DNA of 64,000 nucleotides, taken from assembly GCA_951406725.2 (NCBI GenBank), contig OX597820.1, positions 28,210,001-28,274,000 on the forward strand, read 5' to 3'. The notes below the pieces were generated by a model, which ran no database searches, had not been told where the DNA came from, and worked only from the letters and a program-made list of their open reading frames with translations. Shown piece by piece: positions 28,211-41,181 of the stretch. Both the position numbers and the translations under genes were made by a program. Within the stretch, counting starts at the first letter, position 1. Each line of letters begins with the position of its first letter. Source of the DNA: Octopus vulgaris. Taxonomy: Eukaryota.

Positions 28211-28649
28211 CGGAATATTTATGCAAAACCTTTTAGAAATTTCAGACAATAGATCTACTTAATTCACAATTATAGTAACTGTCACTTTATATTTTCTTCC
28301 TCTAAAAAGCCTTTTATTTTATAATTATCGATAATTAATATTTTTTATCAGTATTTCGTGATCAAATTTCATTGGAGTAATTCGGTTCATTATTGAATGA
28401 GATTTCATCGCTTCAGAATAATAATTAGCGAAATCTTATGAAAAAAGCAAAAGATAAACCTCTTAGGCATAAGACTGAATTGTCAGGTTTACTTTCGAAT
28501 TGCACGCAAACACACACACACACACACACACAAAATATGTGTGTGTGTGTGCGCGAGCGGCGTTTGTATGCGTATTTATGTATATGTGCATATATATACA
28601 TATACAAATATATATACACATACATGTATACATATATATATATATATAG

Positions 28650-28988
28650 TGGAAGGCGCATTGCTCAGTGGTTAGAGCGTCGAGCTTACGATCGTGAGGT
28701 TGTGATTTCGATTACCGGACCTGCCCTGCATGTTGTGTTCTTGAGCAAGACACTTTATTTCACGTTGCTCCAGTTAACTCAGCTGTAGAAATGAGTTGCG
28801 ACATCACTGGTGCTAAGCTGTATCGGCCCCTTTGCCTTTCCCTTGGAAAATACCAGTGGTATGGAGAGGGGAGGCTGGTATGCATGGGCGACTGCTGGTC
28901 TTCCATAAACAACTTTGCCCGGACTTGTGCCTGGGAGTATAACTTTCTAGGTGCAATCCCATGGTCATTCATGACCGAAGGGTGTCTC
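28650..28988 (+). mobile_element. Group C SINE (centre Y + tail R)
   Basis: tRNA head TGCTCAGTGGTTAGAGCG..GATTTCGATTACC, centre GTGTTCTTGAGCAAGACACTTTATTTCACGTTGCTCCAG, and a distinct tail ending CCATGGTCATTCATGACCGAAGGG. Confidence 0.8.
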
Positions 28989-28990
28989 CT

Positions 28991-29061
<71 letters not shown>

Positions 29062-29119
29062 TCATACGTAATGGCAGAAAAACAAAAGAATGAAAGAGAC
29101 CTCGAGTATTTATCCTTAT

Positions 29120-29321
29120 AAATATGTGACAATTATTCAGACAGCCATAATAAAACCCGCACCCATCGGATACCGGGGCGGATACTCACGCCGGCATCTC
29201 TTCAGTTATCGGGCCATCGACAAATATTTCAATGGCCAGATAACAGAAGAGATGCTGGCATGGGATTCCGCCCCGACAACACAAACTTGAAGTTTTATCA
29301 TGGCTACCGAATAATTGTCTC

Positions 29322-29327
<6 letters not shown>
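29120..29327. mobile_element. ~210-bp palindrome made of two inverted, degenerate hammerhead-like units
   Basis: Arms GGGGCGGATACTCACGCCGGCATCTCTTCAGTTATCGGGCCAT and ATGGCCAGATAACAGAAGAGATGCTGGCATGGGATTCCGCCCC; outer arms AATATG.GACAATTATTC. The left arm (minus) reads GATAA-CTGAAGA-GATGCCGG..CCGGTATC. Confidence 0.75.
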
Positions 29328-29368
<41 letters not shown>

Positions 29369-29371
<3 letters not shown>

Positions 29372-29935
29372 GCGCAAAGAGTTCGAAAGTGATGGAAAGA
29401 GTTGACAATCTGACGGTGCCAAGTCTGGAGAGTATGGAGGGTGAGACAGCTCTTCCCATTCCAGTTCTTGAACCGCGGCTTTGGTCATATTGATAATGTG
29501 AGAACGGGCGTCGTCGTGTTGTTGCAAAAGAACGCCATTTCGCCTGTTGAGTCTGTCTTCTGAATTGCTTTCGTTGAGTCGGTGCAGTTGTGGAGCGGTG
29601 AGCTCCGCAGTGAGTGCTTGTTTGCGCTCAAGCAGTTCGTAATGAATTATGCCTTCCCAGTCCCACTATACACACAGCATGGTTTTTGAAGATGAAGGTT
29701 TTATTTCTCTCGCGTAGTCTCCTGTTTGTCGAGGCTGAGCCATTTTATTTTTGCTTCATATTGCCGTAAATGCACCATTTTCATCGCCAGTGACAATGCG
29801 GTAAAGAGCGAGCAAACAGGTGGTGATTGGGGAGCGTTGACATTTGTTGTTTTTGCTCAAAGTGTGTGGAACCCAAGTGGCGAGTTTCTGAACCTTGCCC
29901 ATAGAGTGAAGGTGGTTCGCCACAGATTTTTATTA
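29369..29935 (-). mobile_element. Mariner (DD34D) transposase fragment
   Basis: QHDDARSH..LEWEELSHPPYSPDLAPSDCQLF, plus upstream WVPHTL and IVTGDE motifs; truncated at (TA)n. Confidence 0.9.
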
Positions 29936-30138
29936 CAATCTATATAAATTTACTGTAAGGCCAGCGATGGAAGTGCATGTATAGAGATTTCAAAAAAAAA
30001 AACATAAGATTTTACCATAACAGCATTATTTCAAGGAAAGAGTACAAGCATGTAAAATACAGGTTGTCCCTCCTAATAAGAGCTGGGGGTGGAGGTTAAA
30101 GAAAAAGAGACATGCTACTACTACGCATGAATATTCTC

Positions 30139-30932
30139 TTCTACTCCAGGCAGAGTAGAATGTTGGGGGAGAGTGTCAGTCGATTACACCGAACACAGTA
30201 CGCAAACAGGTACTTAATTTATCGACCCCCGAAAAGATGAAAGGCAAAGTCGACCACGCTGCAATTTGAACTCAGATCGTAAAGACAGACGAAACACTGC
30301 TAAGCATTTTGCCCGGTGTGCTAACGTTTCTTATTTCTTTTCTGTTCACAAGGTGCTACACACAGAGAGGACAAACATGGACGGACAAACGGATTAAGTC
30401 GATTATATCGACCTCAGTGCGTAACTGGTACTTATTTAATCGAACCCGAACGGATGAAAGGCAAAGTCGACCCCGACGGAATTTGAACTCAGAACGTAAC
30501 GGCAGACGAAATACCTATTTCTTTACTACCCACAAGGGACCAAACACAGAGAGGACAAACATTGACAGACAAACGGATTAAATCAATTATGTCGACTCCA
30601 GTGCGTAAATGGTACTTAATTTATCGACCCCAAAACTATGAAAGGCAAAGTCGACCTCGGCGGAATTTGAACTCAGAACGTAGCGGGAGACGAAATACCT
30701 ATTTCTTTACTACCTAAAAGGGGATAAACACAGAGAGGACAAACAAGGACAGACAAATGGATTAAGTCGATTACATCGAACCCAGTGCGTAACATGTACT
30801 TAATTTATCAACCCCGAAAGGATGAAAGACAAAGTCGACCTCGGCGGAATTTGAACTCAGAACTTAGCGGCAGACGAAATACTGCTAAGCATTTCGCCTG
30901 GCGTGCTAACGTTTCTGCCAGCTCGCTGCCTT
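30139..30932 (-). mobile_element. Head-to-tail array of four group A SINE units
   Basis: One unit with head at 30700-30932, headless ~184-bp units at 30516-30699 and 30331-30515, and an older unit at 30139-30330. Confidence 0.9.
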
Positions 30933-32373
30933 ACCACGCCAGAATATTATTTAAGAGAGCGGGGTTGTCAAGAGAAATTTTCTCGTAGCTTTTGCGAGAG
31001 TGACCCCTATAAAATCGGATGCCAGTTAACTGCGAAAGATTTTTAGGAAGACACATAATTAGATATTTCATTATATTGAGTAGTGAACTTTTACAATATA
31101 TTTGTCGTGCAACACGTCACTATTTGAGTTCATGTTATTTTTACTTTCTCTATTCCATTTTTAATTTGCTCATATTACTATCATTTCAATCTATATGTTT
31201 TGTGTTCATGCCGATTTATCAGCAGATACTATGTAAAATATATACGTATGTAAATTGATAAAATTACCACGACGCTTTATTATTTTTATTTTTTTTTTTC
31301 AATAGCTAACTGCACATTTAAATGTTCTTTATGTATATTTAATTCTCGAATTAATCCCACTGGAACAGCGTTAGGAGAAAATTGCAACACAGATCGAAAT
31401 CAAAGCATACAACATCGCAGCAGTCTCTAAAGGAAAAGGATGGAAGAAAAAAATCAACAACAGGATAGATTGGAAGCGATAGGAAGACAGGTGGTGTATA
31501 TATTAAATAATGTCATTATCCAGCTCTCATGTGAATTTCACACGGCGGAGCATTTTGCTTTGTAATGAAATTTAAATGTCCGTGAGTTCTGTGATACGGT
31601 GAATGCAATGGTCATAACCCAGTTAAATTTCATTATTCTTTTGTTCGGAAGCGGATTTGTTCTATGGTGCTGCATAATCTATTATAAGATCTCGTGGGGA
31701 GGGCTTTGAAAGTTCTACAGTGAACACCGAACAACTGCACATACGTACAAGAACTTGTAAGCGGATACTAATGATATTCTTGTCTGTTTTTAGTGTCTTC
31801 CTTGACGGCCTTAGGCGAATAAAGTATCGACGCTAAGCTTCGGTAATTACATATCTAATTACATATTGTGATAGCACTATAATATGATAATTATATATAT
31901 ATTTATATATATATATATATAGGTAGATAGACAGATATGCATATACATATATATCTATATATATATACACACATAAACATATATATATATACACATACAC
32001 ACCTAATATATAAAATAGACGTATGAAAATGACTGCCCAATTTGGTTCCATATATGGGATGCATGAATAATTTGACCTCGGATACATAATGGGGTCTTCA
32101 TTTTATTTTTATATTAAATATAAATAATATTGCTTTATATATATATGATTCGATTCTTTAAAAAAAATGGTTTTTTCAATGTCACCTTCCGGTACTGACG
32201 TAGCAAGTGCAGCTAGCTAAAAACAGATGTGTATGCTTGACGTAGCAGTTGTGGCTAGCTACACACATACACTTGTATGTATAAGTCCATTGATGAATGT
32301 ATTTTAACCGCTTCTATTTCATTTAATTCACTTTTTGGGGAGGGGGTTCCTCTCACACATGTATGTATACAAT

Positions 32374-32730
32374 CGTCCGTGGAACCCCGTCGGTTACGAT
32401 GAAAAGAGTTCCAGTCAACGGAATAGCCTGCTCGTGAAATTAACGTACAAGTCGCGTGTACCCTTAACGTAGTACTCGGTGAGATGCAGCGTAATACAGA
32501 GTGTAACAAGGTTGACCCCTTTGAAATACGGCTACAACAGAAACAGGAAGAAAGACTCAAAGAAATTTGTGATGAAAGAGTACAGCAGGATTGGCTACCA
32601 CCTCCTGCCGGAGCCTGGTGGAACCTCAGGTGTTTTCGCTCAATAAGCACTCACAACGCCCGGTCTGGGAATCGAAACTGCGATCCTACGACCGCGAGTC
32701 CGTTGCCCTAACTACTGGGTCATTACGCGT
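32374..32730 (-). mobile_element. Group C SINE (centre X + tail P)
   Basis: Reverse-complement match to 46402-46781. Confidence 0.88.
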
Positions 32731-33127
32731 CCAAAATGTATACAATACGCCGTTGATGAATATGTATATTTAAACCGATCATATTTCATTCCAGTCGCAT
32801 TGTTTTTTGTTCGTGGAGAAAATATATGAATATCACAGCTTCCTATATACTTTCACTTTCCTTTTCACATTCCTAATAGAAACATTCTTCTAATGGTTTC
32901 TGTTGTCTTTCTTCTAAGTATTTCTGTTAATATTTATCTCTCTATCTATCTAAATCTATATCTATCTACCTCTCTATCTGTATCTGTCGAGTACAGGAAT
33001 AATTTCACCCTGTCTTCATTTCTTCTTTTTTTAAATAATATTGTTTTCACTCTTCCCGTTCCTCATAGAAACATTCTTCTAAGGATTTGTTACTTTCTCT
33101 CTCTCGCTCTCGCTCTCTCTCTCGCTC

Positions 33128-33168
<41 letters not shown>

Positions 33169-33239
33169 AGAGACAGCTGCAAAAAAACGGAAGCATGCTA
33201 AGAAAGGAACAGACTATGCACTACAGCAGCCAGAGCTTC

Positions 33240-33578
33240 AGGGAATGATGACAAGAGTTGTGCATAACTGAAAAACAGTTGCGCACTGGTACTGCCCGAG
33301 CATCTCAAAGTGCTGAACAGATGTATGCGAGCTTGACAAGGAATAAGATCACCACTAGAATGACACTGATGGAATATTCTTAGATGCTCCTGGAAGCACA
33401 GGAAAGTCACTATTGGTCAACCTGCTCCTTGCCAATGTGGGACAGAAGAAAATTATTCTGGTTGCTGCATCTTCTGGAATTGCAGCCACACTCTTAACAG
33501 GTGGAAAAACAGCCCATTCAAAATTCAAGCTACCTCTGAACCTCATCCGAAATGATTTTCCATTATGCAACATGTCGA
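33240..33578 (+). pseudogene. Helitron PIF1-like helicase fragment
   Basis: FLDAPGSTGK (Walker A-like, frameshifted), then VAASSGIAATLLTGGKTAHSKFKLPLN. Cut off by the SINE at 33579. Confidence 0.9.
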
Positions 33579-33872
33579 AGGCGGCGAGCTGGCAGAATCG
33601 TTAGCACTCCGGACGAAATGCTAAGCGGTAATTCGTCTGCCGCTACGTTCTGAGTTCAAATTCCGCCGAGGTCGACTTTGCCTTTCATCCTTTCGGGGTC
33701 GATTAAATAAGTTCCAATTACGCACTTAGGTCGATGTAATCGACTTAATCCGTTTGTCTCTCCTTGTTTGTCCTCTCTGTGTTTGGCCCCTTTTGGGTAG
33801 TAAAGAAATAGGTATTTCGTCTGTGTTTATGTTCCTAGCTCAAATTCTGCCACGGTCGACTTTGCATTTCCA
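33579..33872 (+). mobile_element. Group A SINE plus start of a second unit
   Basis: A full monomer, then TAAAGAAATA|GGTATTTCGTCT..CAAATTCTGCCACGGTCGACTTTGC. Confidence 0.9.
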
Positions 33873-34675
33873 CGAAAAGATAGCGTAAACTGTACTCTAA
33901 ATGGAGGTGTAGTCAAATCCTATTTTATGAACTCAACCATGATCTAAAATAAGTCGAAAGGTAAGCTACTATAAATAGGCACGAACTTTCTGGACAATCC
34001 AATATATATGTGCACGCGCACACACACAAGCATATATAATTGCATTCGACAATAACTATTAAAATTCCTTTCACGCATATTTACTGAACGTACTGATTTT
34101 GTTATCTACAACTTGTATATGTATATACTGTTTAGTTGCCCATTATTTTTGAATAGATATCAAAGTTAAAGAAATACAAAAGAAGTGCGATGTATACGCG
34201 ACTTCTCAGTTACACCTTGTCAAATGCATTGTTTAGTAAGTATCAACTATGTTCTCCCAAGTGGAAAAGTAGATACAATAAATATTTTACTGAATTCGTT
34301 TTGCGTCGAGTAAGAAAAATGTGAAGATATACTGACTTTAAAATAAAATTTAAAATATGTATCAGCATATCTTGTAGGATGGAGATAATTTTGTCACTGT
34401 CAATGTCCTTTTAAATATCTATGCTCTTGCAATGGTTATTGCTATTTAAAGCAGGACTAATGTTGCTAAGCAGCAGTTATCTAGGGAGGCAGCATGTGTT
34501 GTCATACCGTCAGAGTAGACACTCTTGCGAAACCTGTCCCAACGCTGAATAACTCTCCCGATATTTGTGCGTTGACAATTGATCACAAGTACAACTGGCA
34601 CCGGATAATTATTAGTTACGTCCATCAATATTTATATGATAGTTATTACAATTATTAATTATTGTATTTATACTG

Positions 34676-34875
34676 GTTTCCAAATGCGGCACAATGCCAG
34701 TAATTTCGGGGCTAGGGATAAGTGAATTACATAGACTCCAGTAATCAGTTGGTACTTATTTTATCTACCCGAAAAGGATGAATGGCAAAGTCGACCTCGG
34801 TGGAATTTGAACTCAGGTGACATGCTGCTAAGCATTTTTTCGGTGTGCTAATGACTCTACCAGCTCGACCCCTCG
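34676..34875 (-). mobile_element. Group A SINE, diverged
   Basis: GGTACTTATTTTATCTACCCGAAAAGGATGAATGGCAAAGTCGACCTCGGTGGAATTTGAACTCAG. Confidence 0.8.
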
Positions 34876-35009
34876 CATGGTACAATTATAGTGGTATAAT
34901 TACCGTTATATGACCTTATATATGTTGGTGGATAAGAGATAAGCCATGAAAATATTCGCGTTAGCGACATCTGCCCGACTATTTAGGGTGAGCTTTCTCT
35001 CGGCCCATT

Positions 35010-35235
35010 TCTGGGTGAGAGTATTCACATAGCATGGCTGAAAGAAATTGATACAAATGTAAACACAGATCACCTATCAAAATTATTATTCCATAGATCT
35101 GTAAGAATTCTCCGCAGGGATTTTGAAGCGTGATCAGTACATAAGTGTCACCTTAGTTTTCTGGTTGTGGACAGCTGACACTTCTCAGCATACCCAGCAA
35201 AATAAGCTGAGAGTTTTAATCAAATAATAATAATA
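35010..35235 (+). mobile_element. Decayed 3' stub of another R4/Dong-type LINE subfamily
   Basis: LGESIHIAWLKEIDTNVNTDHLSKLLFHRSVRILRRDFEA* resembles the LQK..L.GTA.ILR C-terminus. The 3' UTR has a GTGTCA..TGACAC stem and ends in AATAATAATAAT. Confidence 0.55.
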
Positions 35236-36575
35236 CTATTGGTAATAATTTCTTGTCTCAAGCATTACAATCGGACGTTTATTCGAAATGATACTTCCTT
35301 TATTTTTCTGTATGTGTTTAGTTTTGCTGTAGCCTATATTTCCTTCCCCTTCAATCCTCGACGCCAATGCCTATGCAAATCTTCTTTAGGATTTGTATGT
35401 AACTCTCATGTAGCTCTGTGTTGATTTATTGCCTATAAATTGCATGAATGACTCCAGTACTCGGATGAATTATGTTTGTTTTTCTTTATGTGGTAGTAAT
35501 AATTCATTCGGAAAATATGTGAACACCATGATATTTTATTGCCCTTCGCTAAATATATTTCAACCAGGCACTAAATGGTGAAAAAAAAAAAAACAGTATA
35601 TTAATTTTAACATAAAAAAAATATTTACGTATATTTACGATACGAAAAGCTTTTTATACATCAATCGTTCGAGATGGTAAATTAAAACTTCAACTTCATT
35701 GAAGCACATTTTGCATTTAATCTCACCTGCTCCTATAAAATAAGTAAGAGATATATAATAGATACGTCGCAAATCAATGCATTTTACCATACCCTGCATG
35801 CTGGATGAAAGAAAAACAAACTTTCTCGTGTCTGGCCTGAAAAAATCGATACATTCACTTGCGTAAGAGAGAGGGAAAATAGCTGTCACAATCAGAGCGC
35901 CAGATATATTTAGATATGTCTCAATAAATGCCAAATCTGCAGATCTTTATTTGGGCTATTATCTGGAATCGATCAATAAATTAAATACCAGTTAGAATAT
36001 GGGATAGATTAAATTGACTATATCTTTTTCTTTTACCAAAATAGACACAATTTCTATAACACAAATCAATATCCTTATCTGGCATAAATGCTTGCATTTA
36101 TCTATATTTGCTTCAAAGCACCTTTCCACGTTTCCACGTATGGATTTTTGCATTGGTTACTCTTTTTTTCTTTTTCTCTCTTTATTATATCAACACACAC
36201 AGATAAACATAGACACGGAAATGTACACACTGCAACAGACGCGCGCAATCACTTACACAAAATACTAATGCACACGCATATCTATGTACATATGTGTTTC
36301 CTCTGAACGTGTGGGCGAACGCTTTCGTGTATTTCTGCATTTGTGCTGTTTCTATAAATGCATGTATTTAAAATCACAGCACGCACCGATAAGAAAATAA
36401 CTGCAATAGCTGAACGAACGCCAAGCTTTCGGTTTTAAATTTATGGGATTTTTACTGAACAGCTGTACATTCCAAGATTTGTGTGCGGCTGCGTTCTTAC
36501 GCACTTCCGTACGTAAATACACACATACATACATTCATACACACAGATATACATATATTTGAATATGTGTGTGTT

Positions 36576-36622
<47 letters not shown>

Positions 36623-36640
36623 ACATTCATTTATTTGTGT

Positions 36641-36917
36641 ACCCTTTTCAAGCCTAGCCAGGCTTATGGGCCTGGTTTCCCGGGTTCTATGGCGTATATA
36701 TTCCCCCCAGCTGGACGGGACGTTCACCGTTACTCCATCGCAAGAAACAGGAAGAGAAACAAGAGAGAAAGTTGGGGCGAACGATTACAACAGGGGGCGC
36801 CACCTCCCCCTGCCGGAGTCTCGTTGAGCTTTAGGTATTTTCGCTCAATAAACACACACAACGCCAGGTTTGGGAATCGAAACCGCGATCCTCCAGCCGC
36901 GAGCCCGCTGCCCTAAC
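36641..36917 (-). mobile_element. Group C SINE (centre X + tail Q)
   Basis: Head and centre match 46402-46590, but the tail is CCCGTCCAGCTGGGGGGAATATATACGCCATAGAACCCGGGAAACC. Confidence 0.8.
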
Positions 36918-37523
36918 GACGTTTCCCCACAGGACAACAACGTTATTTTTTTTTAAGTATAAGTTTGAACGCTTAGTCAAAGGAGAGGAGTTCCATCTCA
37001 ACGAAATCTCCAAGTGGTTTAAATGCACAATTCTCTGATAGTTAAGAGGATAAAAATGTGAGCAGAAGTGGACCTAGAAATCATGACCTGAATGTGTTTC
37101 GACCCTCATAAAGCGTAAGAACTTCAGGGCCGAAACACTTGCCTGATAGGAGATACTTGAGAGATTCTTAACTCTGCTGAAAGCAGTAGTGCTGTGTTGC
37201 ATGCCGATGATTGTTCAAGTATCACTCATACATTAATATATTTTAATTATGTTGTGTGCTTCATAGAGTAAGACCTGCTTTGGAGCATCTATCGTGGACA
37301 ATCTATAATATTGATTGATATCGGATTAGATCTATTTTAACTTACACAAACAGCTATATTTAAGGGTAAAGCCATCCATATAACAATTTTAATTACTGCT
37401 TGCCTATGGAATAAAGGGTTTATATTTCTAGCTTAAACATGGATATAAAACAGCGTTACTGAGTTTATTGCTGGTAAACGCCATAGATATGGAGAGAGAA
37501 CGGGAAATAGAGAGAGAGAAGGC

Positions 37524-37595
<72 letters not shown>

Positions 37596-38057
37596 GATTA
37601 AGAGAAAGAGGTGGGAAACGAAGTTTAAAGAGCAATATAGTTAGCATCGGCTTTTCTCGCCATTTATTTTATTTAACACCGTTAAAGCTCTTTAAGTAGG
37701 AGTATGAGTTTCAAACGTTCCAGAAGTACAGTTAATTGGAAAACAGGTAATTTATAAGTAGTTTAAAAGAAATCATTCTTTAATAACTGCAGAACGGTGC
37801 AAACTGGTATCTTAGCAGTCAAAAGGACTCGCTGCTTGTTGCGAGTTGTATCAACAGTCTCAATTGAAATAGACTAGAAGTAAATATTTTCTTTCAGTTC
37901 TTCGATTTCACTGAGTAATACTATTCGGCAATGGGATATATTTAAACAAATATAGCAGAGAACCTAATATTTATGAACAAGTGTTTTACATAAACATGTT
38001 TATCACAGAAGCACTAACAGCGTTATTTTGTCGTAAAGACAGGTCCTCAATATGAAA

Positions 38058-38255
38058 ATGAGCTGGCTTGATCGTTATAGCACCGGACAGGATTTATAGG
38101 GGCGTTCCATTTGACCTTACGTTCTGAGTGCAAATTCTGTCAAGGTCCACTTTGCCTTTCATCTTTTGGAGGTTGATAAAATAAGTACCATTTGAGTATT
38201 CGACTTACCACTTTCCCTGAACTTTGCGGTGCTTGTACCAAAATATGAAAGCAAC
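38058..38255 (+). mobile_element. Group A SINE, old
   Basis: ACGTTCTGAGTGCAAATTCTG..CTTTGCCTTTCATCTTTTGGAGGTTGATAAAATAAGTACCA. Confidence 0.7.
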
Positions 38256-38689
38256 ATTAAGTGGTAGAGCGAAAAACAGAAGACAGTGAAATCATGTTTG
38301 ATTTTATAGTAAATACTGCTTTTTACACTAGGGCAGTATTTTTTGCTTTCATATGACAAAAGGTATTACTAACGTGAACGCCCAGTCTCTTTAGATCTCA
38401 AAGTATATCATAACGCCAATATATGCAAAACTACGAGTATGTACTGTTTCTCAGTGAATTGAAAGTAATGTGCCAGCTATTCCCAGCACATCAACTTCAG
38501 TGTGTGTCGCATTCAGCTTCATTGTTTGCATAGGCAAACATCCACATGCACACACATACTCACATTCATACATGTTATTATATGCGTGTTTTATATATAA
38601 CGAGGGGTTGTGTGTGCATATGTGCATATCTGGTACGTTATGTAAGAATACATGATACTTACACACCTATTTCTCGTCCGTTAATCGTA

Positions 38690-38845
38690 GTATAGGTAAT
38701 TGGCCGGAAACTTTCCATTTCCGACCAGAAGGTTCCTATTTCGATCCCTCTTCGCATCACACTGAATAATTTCGTTTTCTATAGTCTCAAGCCGATCCGC
38801 AATTTATGAGTGAATTTGGTGCAGACGAAGCTGTATAGAATCTCG
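38690..38845 (+). mobile_element. Group B SINE 5' half, old
   Basis: TTTCGATCCC..CTATAGTCTCAAGCCGATCC..TGAGTGAATTTGGTGCAGACGAAGCTG. Confidence 0.5.
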
Positions 38846-39656
38846 CCAAGTGGATTATAAAGCCTTCTCACATGCGTCACGCTGATTCTGCCAGTGCATT
38901 ATTAGGGCATATATCTCTGTCGAATAGCTAAATACTTGTTAATTCGGAAGCAGGCTATCTTCATCGTCGAACGATGGAGATCAACCATTTTTCGCGTCAG
39001 AATATTTGAATACCTGAGCTATAACAGTATAAGAATAACGGAATACAAAAAGAAAATAAATGAAAGTATGAATGATCATTCAAAAGCAAATATTGCAAAA
39101 TTGTGTAAAACAAATGGATAGATGGTGTTCCTGATTTCTATGGTGAATAAATATCTATTTAAAACGACATTTTTGTGCAACACCTCATCGGAGAAAGAAG
39201 AGAAATAAAACTGCCAACTGCCTTCAGCTGTGGTCTCTTGAAAATCAGTTCCATTATTAAAAGTAAAATACTCCATTTCCTATTCAGAAACGAACTTGTG
39301 ATTAATGAGATATCCCATCAGTTTCTTACGGTGCAGAAACATGAATTGTAAAAGAAGCCTAAACAGGTTCACAAATGCATTATTTTTGTTGATGGACAAG
39401 AAAACAACGGAATGAATTCAAAAGCAACAAGATAAAACCACCAACTAAATGATGTTAGGAAACTCATGTAATCATTGAAGCGTAGTCTGCTGTTGACATG
39501 TAGAACATGATGGCCGAGGAGTGGGCAAATCACTAGCAAACAATATCATGAGACTCTGCAACAGAAATACAGAACAACAATGAAGAACTTGGAGGGATTT
39601 AGCAAAAAATTGAGAAAAGTAACAACAGTGAATGGATATGTTGAGAACTGCGGAAG

Positions 39657-39727
<71 letters not shown>

Positions 39728-39756
39728 CATATATATTTACATATATATATATATAT

Positions 39757-39787
<31 letters not shown>

Positions 39788-39829
39788 CATACATACAGGG
39801 TGCGCAAGGTATTTTAAGGACGTAACTTT

Positions 39830-40977
39830 TGGGAGTCATTGCTGCATTTCATGTGGTGTGATTATACTGCGAGTTTTCTCTTGTAGATCAATTTTTGTGT
39901 ACCCCTGGCTAGATCAAACATTCGTGTTGTTTAGAATATGAGGTCCGTCGTGAAACCAACGCATCCCACACAGCTCGAAACATCAATGTGGTGTTTGGTT
40001 AAGTTGTGGCGATGAGCACATTGTACGTCGATGGTTTGAGAAGTTCCAGTCTCGTGACTTTACACTTGAAAACCATCCCCGTGGTAGGTCTAAGACCAAG
40101 GTGGATAATGATAAGCTGGAAACTGTAGTGGAAGCGGATACATCTGAAATTATGCGTGAGTTGGTAGTATGGTTTGATGTATTGGATCATCTGAAACAAA
40201 TCGGCAAAGTAAAAAAGCTGAACGAGTGGATACCACAAGAACTGAACGAGCATCATATGACACATCGTCTTGAAACATACTGGTCTTTGCTGTCACGGCA
40301 TAAAAGCGAACAATTTCTGCATCGTATTGTTACGTGTGATGAAAAATGGATTCTTTTCAGCAATAGCAAGGGTTCTGTATGGTTGTTGGATAGAGACGAA
40401 GGGCCAAAACACAATCCAAAAAAGAATATTCACTTACAAAAGCTAACGGTGTCTGTTTGGTCATCCAACGCTGGCGTCATCTAGTACAGCTTCATGAGAC
40501 CTGACAACTCAATTACATCAATTGTGTACATCAACCAATTGGATGAAATGATGAGTGAACTTGCAATTAAACAACCGAGATTAGTCAATAGAGACAGGCT
40601 AATTGTCTTGGAAGACAATGCTCAACCACATGTTGCACAAAGAACACTACTCAAGTTCTTAAGGAACTGAACTTGGAAGTACTCTGTCATCTATCATATT
40701 CACCAGACCTTGCACCAACTAACTTCCACACTTTCTCCCCATTAGACAATATGTACAGGGAAAAAAATTCAAAACTGTAAAATCCGAAAACAGGTTTTCG
40801 TGATTTCATCACCTCTTGCTCTCCAGAATTCTTTGCTGCCGGCATAAATAAGCAACAATAAAATGGCAAAATTTTGTTGATAAATTAGGTGCATACTTCA
40901 ATTAACTGCATTTCATTTTGTTGAGATAAAGTAAAATAAACTTTCAGTTCAAAATCGGATATTTCATTATTAATGAA

Positions 40978-40982
<5 letters not shown>
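39830..40982 (+). mobile_element. Decayed mariner (DD34D) transposon
   Basis: WIPQEL, FLHRIVTCDEKWI, EDNAQPH and YSPDLAPTNFH motifs with stops and frameshifts; the 3' end runs into (TA)n. Confidence 0.92.
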
Positions 40983-41025
<43 letters not shown>

Positions 41026-41181
41026 GCAGTAAAATATTTTAGAGGGGAAACACACGTGGAGGATATAAATAGAGAAAGAGAAACGATGAAAAAACACCAA
41101 ATATTTGTTTTACAGGATTTAAGAATATATTAGAGTCATGGCAATGAAGATATTTACAATATCTTCATTGTATAATGAAGA

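Noticed and set aside
37093-37140. Hairpin GTGTTTCGACCCT...AGGGCCGAAACAC
   Set aside because: A short imperfect inverted repeat with no ribozyme core or element context.
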